DNA from: Candidatus Peribacteraceae bacterium
GTDB taxonomy: Bacteria > Patescibacteriota > Gracilibacteria > Peribacterales > Peribacteraceae
DNA: 62,091 nt
Reading direction: 5' to 3'
Assembly: GCA_030750465.1 (NCBI GenBank)
Contig: JASMHZ010000003.1
Location: forward strand, 1-62,091
Shown here: positions 37,359-45,186 of the stretch, piece after piece
How positions within the stretch are numbered: the stretch's first letter is position 1
How the letters are laid out: each line of letters begins with the position of its first letter
Made by a program: the position numbers and the translations under genes
Notes under the pieces: model-generated
Told to the model about the DNA's origin: nothing
Databases searched by the model: none
Seen by the model: only the letters and a program-made list of their open reading frames with translations

Positions 37359-38552
37359 AACCAATATCAAAAGCGCAGTCGGAAGAAGAAGTTGCCGGTC
37401 AAACGACTGGCCGTTTAGCAGATACTCGGCATTGGGGGTTAGGGTGTAGATTGCGAGGATTAGGATCAGTGATGCTAGTGGAAAAATGAGGGATCTTTTA
37501 TTAGGAGACAAAAGAGTAAAAAGAGATAAAAGAATTACTGTTGGGAGGATTGGGCCGATGGAGCCGGATATGAAGATTACTTTTAGAGCTTCGGTTATTG
37601 CTCCTTCTTGAAGTCCAATACTTAAGTCAGAAGCACCGTGAGGGGAGAGGGGTATTCCTTTAAAGATTGCGAAGATGGGCCAGAGAGTAGAGAGAATAAT
37701 CGCAATCAGGACGGCTTTCTTGCGTCCAACCATTATGATCCATGGAATCAAACATAGCAGTAGTCCTTCACTCTTTGTCCAAACGCATGCACTTATGAAT
37801 ATTGCAGAAAATATCATCCACATCTTTTCATCAGATTTTTTGAATTCCAGATACGAAGCAAATGAGAGAAGCGCGAACAGCGTTAGTGTAACATCCGCGT
37901 AACCGCCGCCAAGGTGCATTGCAAAAAGCGGAGTGGTAACTATCAGAACAATCACAAGAAGAGACTTTGTCATCAGAAGCAGAGCAATTAAAGCGCTTAT
38001 GTTAAACAGGAAGTGAATAGTATTTGCGAATCGGTCATTCCACTCAGGTTGGAACTGATGAGTTGTGATCTGAAGAGAGTGATAAAGAAACGGGTAATGC
38101 GGTTTTTTAATTAATTCTTCTTGCGTATCAAAAACGATTTGTTTTTCGTAAAAAGATATTTGCGATCGCTGGTTCCAGTTGGTTGCGGAGTCGTAGTGGA
38201 AAGTGGGGAGTACGATTGAGTGAGCGAAGGCGTATATCAGAACTGGGATTATAACTAAGAGTAACATTGGATGTTTCGGTTTTCGGGTTCGGGTTCGGTT
38301 TTCGGTTTTCGGGTTCGGTATGAGAATTGATGTGATGATAATTAGCAGGTGAAGTGAGATGATGCTGATTGGGTTGAGCGATATTTTGAAAATAGTCAGA
38401 ATGAAAATAATCAGAGTGCTTAGGAATGATGCAATTGGGAGCGCGAGTGCGAATCTCAACCATCCTTTATTAAGTCCGATTAGCCCTAGTACAAGCCAGC
38501 CCTCCGCGATTAGGAGGAGTGATATTCCTGTGAATGTCAGGATATTAATCAT
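37317..38552 (-). CDS. Multi-pass GT-C-like glycosyltransferase
   Basis: HYDSATNW, HYPFL, GGGYADV, WTKSEG; about 11 TMs. Confidence 0.7.
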   Translation of the reverse strand: MINILTFTGISLLLIAEGWLVLGLIGLNKGWLRFALALPIASFLSTLIIFILTIFKISLNPISIISLHLLIIITSILIPNPKTENRTRTRKPKHPMLLLVIIPVLIYAFAHSIVLPTFHYDSATNWNQRSQISFYEKQIVFDTQEELIKKPHYPFLYHSLQITTHQFQPEWNDRFANTIHFLFNISALIALLLMTKSLLVIVLIVTTPLFAMHLGGGYADVTLTLFALLSFASYLEFKKSDEKMWMIFSAIFISACVWTKSEGLLLCLIPWIIMVGRKKAVLIAIILSTLWPIFAIFKGIPLSPHGASDLSIGLQEGAITEALKVIFISGSIGPILPTVILLSLFTLLSPNKRSLIFPLASLILILAIYTLTPNAEYLLNGQSFDRQLLLPTALLILVSANCLKFRNSLIN

Positions 38553-38557
38553 AGAGC

Positions 38558-39529
38558 TTAGAGCTTAGGGTTAAGTTGAAAGAGCTCTGAACTGTCAGAG
38601 AATTCTTTTAGCTTGATTGCTGGCTGGTTTATTTGACCGCAATTCAAGTTCCCATTCTCAAATGACCACTTGAATGCGTTGTGGACGAGAACAGAGTCAA
38701 CTTCATTATTAATGCTGAGCGGATAGCTTGCGTACTTAAGGATTGTTGAGAAGTAAGTGTTTCCGTCTGAACAAAGTTGAATATCTTTGATTCCATTCGA
38801 TTTGAAGTAATCAGCAATTTGGTAAACGGAACCTGCTGTTGAATATGTGTTGGAACTTAAGTTGTTTTTTGTGTATCTGAGCAAGTCTAGTGAAAAGCGG
38901 ATGTTGAAAATTAGAATTAGAATAATTATAAGAGTTGTTACGCGATTTTTTCTTCTGAAGATTAGGGTTAGGGCTCCCACCTTCGCCAAGGCTACGGTGG
39001 GCAAGAGGGTTAGGGTTAGGAGGAGTGTGAACGAGATTCCGAAAAATCTGTATCCGCTTAGTCGGTGATAAGAAGATGGTGTGAATGGTTCCAATGCAAA
39101 AAACTGTTTGAGTCCATCCGTTAGGGACGGGCTTCCTTCCAATTTTAATTTGCTGATCGAAGGTTCGATGTGTTTCTCGGTGATAATATGTAGTTTGTAT
39201 TTTCTTGTCTCCCAAGACCAACCTCGCATTTGCGAAATAGGAATTATAGATTCAACTTCTCCTTTAGGGAGTTGGACAGAAACTATGTCACGCGGGTTTA
39301 CAGATCCATCCTCATTTAAAAACAGAATGTAAACAGACAGGGGAGTGGGTGAAGAGTAGTTGATGAGTAGATCTGCTCCTTTGCCAGTTAAATCGATTGA
39401 TGCGTGGGAAACCTCCTCAGCCAGTTTTTGATTTAGCTGATTTAAGTCAGCGGGAACAGGATTTGCGGTTATCGTGGCCGCGAGGCACGTTTGGGCAAAT
39501 AAAGCCAAAGCAATGATTGAGCGAAGCAC
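38558..39529 (-). CDS. Exported/membrane hypothetical protein
   Basis: Signal peptide, internal TM pair; 5 nt from the downstream GT-C gene. Confidence 0.7.
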   Translation of the reverse strand: MLRSIIALALFAQTCLAATITANPVPADLNQLNQKLAEEVSHASIDLTGKGADLLINYSSPTPLSVYILFLNEDGSVNPRDIVSVQLPKGEVESIIPISQMRGWSWETRKYKLHIITEKHIEPSISKLKLEGSPSLTDGLKQFFALEPFTPSSYHRLSGYRFFGISFTLLLTLTLLPTVALAKVGALTLIFRRKNRVTTLIIILILIFNIRFSLDLLRYTKNNLSSNTYSTAGSVYQIADYFKSNGIKDIQLCSDGNTYFSTILKYASYPLSINNEVDSVLVHNAFKWSFENGNLNCGQINQPAIKLKEFSDSSELFQLNPKL

Positions 39530-39559
39530 GACAGTATTGTAGCATTCTCGAGTCAGCTA

Positions 39560-39610
39560 GCCGCCCTAGCTCCCACCTTCGCGCTTCGCGGCTTCGGTGG
39601 GCAGGCAGTG
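39560..39610 (+). other. Duplicated 5' end of tRNA-Thr interrupted by a palindromic mini-element
   Basis: gccgccctagctc-[ccaccttcgcgcttcgcggcttcggtgggcagg]-cagtg versus tRNA gccgccctagctcagtg. Confidence 0.65.
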
Positions 39611-39689
39611 CAAGCCATCGCTTGGGATGGCGTGATAAAGAATTTACTCGGTTGAGAATCTGTTCACTTCATTATAGCTTGTTAACTAC

Positions 39690-39764
39690 GCCGCCCTAGC
39701 TCAGTGGTAGAGCACCTCCATGGTAAGGAGGGGGTCACGAGTTCAAATCTCGTGGGCGGCTCCA
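39690..39764 (+). tRNA. tRNA-Thr(GGT)
   Basis: GCCGCCC/GGGCGGC acceptor, TAGCTCAGTGGTAGAGC D-arm, cctcc-atGGTaa-ggagg, GTTCAAATC, CCA. Confidence 0.95.
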
Positions 39765-39768
39765 TTTT

Positions 39769-40512
39769 ATGCCCACTGCTTACATAATCGTTCCTGCATT
39801 TAATGAAGAAGGGAACATCGGCAGATTGCTAACGGATCTTGTTGCGCTTGAAGTCCCAGCCAGCAAGAAAATTATTTTGGTTGATGACGGAAGTCGGGAT
39901 AAAACTTTAGAAATAGCCAAGCAATATCAGGGCAAAATCGATATGGAGATCATAATCCATGAAGTTAATGCGGGGATTCCAAAGACTTTTTACGATGGTC
40001 TTAAGAAAGCAAGCGAACTTGCGTCAGAAGAAGATGTAATTGTGATTATAGAAGGAGATTGCACATCTGACTTAAAGCTAATGCCGCAAATGATAGAGAT
40101 GATCAGCAATGGTTCAGATATTGTAGTGGCTTCAAGGTACATAGAAGGTGGAAAGTACAAGAACTTCCCATTTATAAGGACTCTGGGCTCCGGAGTTGTG
40201 AACACAATTCTCAAAGTATTCTTCCGCACAAAAGGAATTACAGATTATACGATTTTTTACCGCGGTTACTCAGCGAAGATAGTAAGGAAAGCTTTCGAAA
40301 AGTATCAGGAAGGGTTTATAACGCAGAAATCTTTTGCTGCCAACTTAGAAGTCCTTCTAAAGGTCAGAGAGTTTTCGAATAATAACAGCGAAGTACCTCT
40401 TGTTTACGATTACGGATTAAAAAAAGGTAAATCAAAAATGAAATTATTCAAAACCTTAGGTGAATATAGAAGTTTGATATTAAAGAGAATCTTCAAAAGA
40501 TCTCTTTGGTAG
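39769..40512 (+). CDS. GT2 polyprenol-phosphate glycosyltransferase (GtrB/DPM1-like)
   Basis: IIVPAFNEEGNI, VDDGSRD, EGD, DIVVASRY. Confidence 0.88.
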   Translation: MPTAYIIVPAFNEEGNIGRLLTDLVALEVPASKKIILVDDGSRDKTLEIAKQYQGKIDMEIIIHEVNAGIPKTFYDGLKKASELASEEDVIVIIEGDCTSDLKLMPQMIEMISNGSDIVVASRYIEGGKYKNFPFIRTLGSGVVNTILKVFFRTKGITDYTIFYRGYSAKIVRKAFEKYQEGFITQKSFAANLEVLLKVREFSNNNSEVPLVYDYGLKKGKSKMKLFKTLGEYRSLILKRIFKRSLW

Positions 40513-40905
40513 CTTGTTGCTAAATACGATATGGTGCAACCACATGTAATTCAATAATCCGCCGAGCATAATCGCAACAAGGCGAGAAAATAAATACCAA
40601 AGGTTCATTGTTTCGGTTAGATATACAGTTAAGCCAACTCCTATAAAGAAGCTTACTGAATACAGGGCAATGAAATACGAATACTGTCTGAAAACCTTCT
40701 TTTCACCATTTTTAAAACTCCAATACTTGTTCATAAAGAAGGCCACGGTGAACCCAACAAGTGCTCCCAATGCTACGGATGGCCTGAGCGAAATTTTTGC
40801 AACCTCCATAAACAGTGTCAGACACCCAAGATCTATTATTGTCGTAACAGTGCCTGTGATGGTGAATTTGGAAAATTGCTTGGCGTGCAAGTGGACTGCA
40901 GACAT
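40480..40905 (-). CDS. GtrA-family flippase-like protein
   Basis: QFSKFTITG...IDL, FFMNKYWSF, four TMs. Confidence 0.85.
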   Translation of the reverse strand: MSAVHLHAKQFSKFTITGTVTTIIDLGCLTLFMEVAKISLRPSVALGALVGFTVAFFMNKYWSFKNGEKKVFRQYSYFIALYSVSFFIGVGLTVYLTETMNLWYLFSRLVAIMLGGLLNYMWLHHIVFSNKLPKRSFEDSL

Positions 40906-40963
40906 TGGATGGCATTGTACATCGGTTAGTAACGAATCCAGTAATAAGTTCTCTTTTTTAATA

Positions 40964-41019
40964 CCACCCCCTCACCCTACCCTCACCCTACCCTCTCCCC
41001 CCTTGAGGGGGGGGGAGAC
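40964..41019. repeat. Stand-alone copy of the C-rich/G-rich palindromic repeat
   Basis: cctcaccctaccctcaccctaccctctcccccttgagggggggggagac. Confidence 0.65.
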
Positions 41020-41058
41020 AAGGTAGATTTTTTATATAACCTTTTCTATCATCAGTTT

Positions 41059-42774
41059 ATGAAGAAAAAATTGATCTGGCTTGCGATAGCAATTTTGGCT
41101 TTAGCTTCGATAAAAACCCTATGGATTTTGGCTTCGGTGCTCATTCTGGAAGGCCAGACGAGGCTCATGGGCGATGATGGGACATTCTTTACAGTCGCAA
41201 AGGGACTTATAAATGGCAAAGATCTGTACAGCGAATTCTTTGAAATGAAGCCTCCGGGGCTTTTGTTCCTCAATGCTATATCTCTTCTAATAGCCAATAA
41301 CGAGATACCTCTGAATATATTTAAAATAGTCTGCTTTGCCCTGATTCCGATTTCATTTGTATGGTTTGCGATCAGAAATCTGAAGGAATCGTCAGTCTTT
41401 CTTAGGACAATCGGAGTTTGCACATCTCTAATATTCGGCGGAGCCATCTCCATTTACTCAATCGAAAGAATAGTAGGTTTGCAGGCTGAGTCATTTGGAG
41501 CGCCTTTTGCAATCATGTACGTTTTGGTCGTTGCGTGGGATACGAAGAAGATGACTCCACTTAGAATAATCCTCGCTTCCATATTCATCGCGGCTTCCAT
41601 GGGAATGCGCGAACAGTTTTTGTTTCCACTCGTTGCAGTCAGCATGATTCTTTCGAAGGATATTAAGTTCTTCGTTAAATCATTCGTAATTCCATGTGCC
41701 ATTGCATTCGCACTCGGTACTTTGATAATGCTTTTACTCGGTTTCCTCGGGTCGTACTTGAGTATTTACTTGCCTGATGCATTCTCTGTAAGAATTCAAA
41801 CTAATCAACTTGGTTCTCTTTGGATGCGCGGACTTCATGGATGGATTTTGATGCTAGATTTAAGTTTATTGTTTCTTCTTCCCGTATTTGGAATTGCATT
41901 TGGAGCTTTGCTTGCATCAGTTCCTTTGCTGAAGTCAGAAATCTCTAAGTGGAAGGAATTTGCATCGGTGCTTGTATGCTCAGCAAGTGGAATGATTGTG
42001 TTTAATCTCACTTTCATTGCGTACATACTCAGTAAAACTGAACTTGAACATACGATCGCTCAATATTCAGATTACGTTTACGCGATATGTGCGGTTTCGT
42101 TGGTAGCTTTTGCTGCGAGCTTGTTGGAATTAGTTAGAATTAATAGAAAAGTCATAGCTCACATCTTCGTCGCCATACTTGCATTCTATCCCGTATCGCT
42201 TGCGGCAGGCGCTTCACACTTCAACATTTATCAACGCACTAATATCGCCCCTCTTTGTGCGGCTGTTTTCCTATTGTTCCTGATCGCACTTCCGAAAATA
42301 AAAAATTCTAAGATGCGGATTATCGCAGGAGTGTTAGTTGGACTCATTGCGCTTATTCCATTCATTATGCCGCCAATTAATTGGGAGGAGAGGAGTGCAA
42401 AGGTCACCAAAGAAAATGAAAACTACATTGCGAGCATGCAGAAAACTTCGGAATTAGATGCGATGATGGATAAGTGCGGATTTAATAATTATATTGGGAT
42501 CGGTGCAGGCTTCTTGTTACCTGATCATCTACCACTCCAAATGGGCTGGTCCGCCTTCCGCTCATTTGGATCTAATCAGTCACAGCACTTCCGCGCGCAG
42601 ACGTTTGGGAATATTAAAAAGTCAGAATTCCTCTTCATAGATCCAACTTGGGAGGATTTCACGTCAGATCAGAAGCTTACGAGTGTGCTTAATTCAGAGT
42701 TCACAACTAAGTTGCCCACATGTGCTTCCGATTATCAGGTTCCGGAGGGGTATGGGGGGTATTGGCGTAACTGA
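41059..42774 (+). CDS. Multi-pass GT-C-like glycosyltransferase
   Basis: GDDGTF...GL..GKDLYSEFFEMKPPG first-loop motif, about 12 TMs, C-terminal soluble domain. Confidence 0.75.
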   Translation: MKKKLIWLAIAILALASIKTLWILASVLILEGQTRLMGDDGTFFTVAKGLINGKDLYSEFFEMKPPGLLFLNAISLLIANNEIPLNIFKIVCFALIPISFVWFAIRNLKESSVFLRTIGVCTSLIFGGAISIYSIERIVGLQAESFGAPFAIMYVLVVAWDTKKMTPLRIILASIFIAASMGMREQFLFPLVAVSMILSKDIKFFVKSFVIPCAIAFALGTLIMLLLGFLGSYLSIYLPDAFSVRIQTNQLGSLWMRGLHGWILMLDLSLLFLLPVFGIAFGALLASVPLLKSEISKWKEFASVLVCSASGMIVFNLTFIAYILSKTELEHTIAQYSDYVYAICAVSLVAFAASLLELVRINRKVIAHIFVAILAFYPVSLAAGASHFNIYQRTNIAPLCAAVFLLFLIALPKIKNSKMRIIAGVLVGLIALIPFIMPPINWEERSAKVTKENENYIASMQKTSELDAMMDKCGFNNYIGIGAGFLLPDHLPLQMGWSAFRSFGSNQSQHFRAQTFGNIKKSEFLFIDPTWEDFTSDQKLTSVLNSEFTTKLPTCASDYQVPEGYGGYWRN

Positions 42775-43363
42775 CCTCACCCCCGGCCACTCTCAACTGA
42801 CCTCACCCCCGGCTCCTCTCCGACCTCACCCCCGGCCCCTCTCCGACCTCACCCCAACCCCTCTCCTTTGTGAAGGAGAGGGGCTTTTTAAAAGGGAGAG
42901 GGGAGCTAATTAGTTGTTGTATATGAGTGAATGCTCTCAAGTGTAGTAGTGATAGATTTATTTAATTCTTCATTTGTTATTCTTAATATTTTATATCCAA
43001 GCTCTTCCAAATATTCATCACGGTTAATATCTCGCTCTCTTTGTTCAATCTTTTCGTGTATTTTTCCATCTAATTCGATAATAACGTGATGTTCTTTACA
43101 AAGAAAATCAGCAATGTAAGGTCCAATGTTTACCTGTCTTCTAAATTTAAGACCACCACATTTTCTATTTCTGAGCGCGTGCCACAATTTTTTTCTTCTG
43201 CTGTCATTGTTCTTCTTAGTTTCTTAGTAAAACGGCATTTTCGTTTTCTGCGCAATTTATCTTTAATTTCTTCGTTCATAGGACATCAGATCCTACACCA
43301 ATAATAACAAATAACAAATTCCCCTTCTCCTCCGCAGAGGAGAGGGGGTTAGGGGGTGAGGTC
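42774..43363. mobile_element. Candidate DUF559-associated element 2 with inverted ends
   Basis: Four tandem gacctcacccc...ctctc(c) left units; right end ggagagggggttagggggtgaggtc. Confidence 0.55.
42906..43279 (-). pseudogene. DUF559 endonuclease paralog with a 1-nt frameshift in an A7 tract
   Basis: MNEEIKDKLRRKRKCRFTKKLRRTMTAEEK from ATG 43279, then a shift to LWHALRNRKCGGLKFRRQVNIGPYIADF. Confidence 0.82.
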
Positions 43364-43717
43364 AAACAGCGCATTCTTAAACCCCTCCAAACACAAAAAA
43401 GCACACTTAGACCTCCTCTTACTAATCGGAACCCCGAGCATTTCTCTAATATCATCCTCAGACATTTCAGTTGCATTCTTAACCTTCATCCCCTCCAGTT
43501 TTTCCCACAAGATCGACATTGCCCCCAGGCTAATTGCGCAACCCGAGCCTTCCCATGCAGCTTCCTTGATAGCTCCATCTTCAATTTTCAGATGAATCGT
43601 CAGTTTATCTCCGCATGCAAGGTTTACTTCCTCGTGCGAAACAGTTGGGTCCGCAAGCTCTCGCTTTCCGCGGGGGTTCTTGAAGTGATCCAGTATGTTC
43701 TCCGCATAAATGTTCAT
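43349..43717 (-). CDS. sufU: SufU/IscU-like Fe-S scaffold or sulfur-transfer protein
   Basis: YAENILDHFKNPR, NLACGD, GSGCAIS, RSKCA; adjacent to sufS. Confidence 0.88.
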   Translation of the reverse strand: MNIYAENILDHFKNPRGKRELADPTVSHEEVNLACGDKLTIHLKIEDGAIKEAAWEGSGCAISLGAMSILWEKLEGMKVKNATEMSEDDIREMLGVPISKRRSKCAFLCLEGFKNALFDLTP

Positions 43718-43740
43718 GTGTTGATTATACTTGCTACATT

Positions 43741-43814
43741 AAAGAGAAAAAGGAGATAAAGGAGATAAAAGAAATTCTTTTGACTCTTTTTACTCCTTTA
43801 ACTCTTTTGTCTCT

Positions 43815-43815
<1 letters not shown>
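43741..43815. repeat. Inverted nonamer array (AAGGAGATA vs reverse complement)
   Basis: aaggagataaaggagataaaagaaa...ctttttactcctttaactcttttgtctcttt. Confidence 0.7.
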
Positions 43816-45044
<1,229 letters not shown>

Positions 45045-45045
45045 A

Positions 45046-45157
45046 ACGAAGGAAACAGAGGAGCCAGAAGAAACAGATGAAACATAGGACTTTATCAAAA
45101 CAGAATATACAGCATTTCTCTTCTGCTTCCTCTGTTTCTTCTGTTTCTTCTGCTTCC
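45046..45157. repeat. Inverted nonamer array between divergent genes
   Basis: gaaggaaacagaggagccagaagaaacagatgaaac...ttctgcttcctctgtttcttctgtttcttctgcttcc. Confidence 0.7.
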
Positions 45158-45186
45158 ATATTAATATTTTGTGTTAATCTAACCTC

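Noticed and set aside
42774-42908. Tandem ~23-nt repeats as a CRISPR array
   Set aside because: No unique spacers, repeats abut each other, and no cas genes are present.
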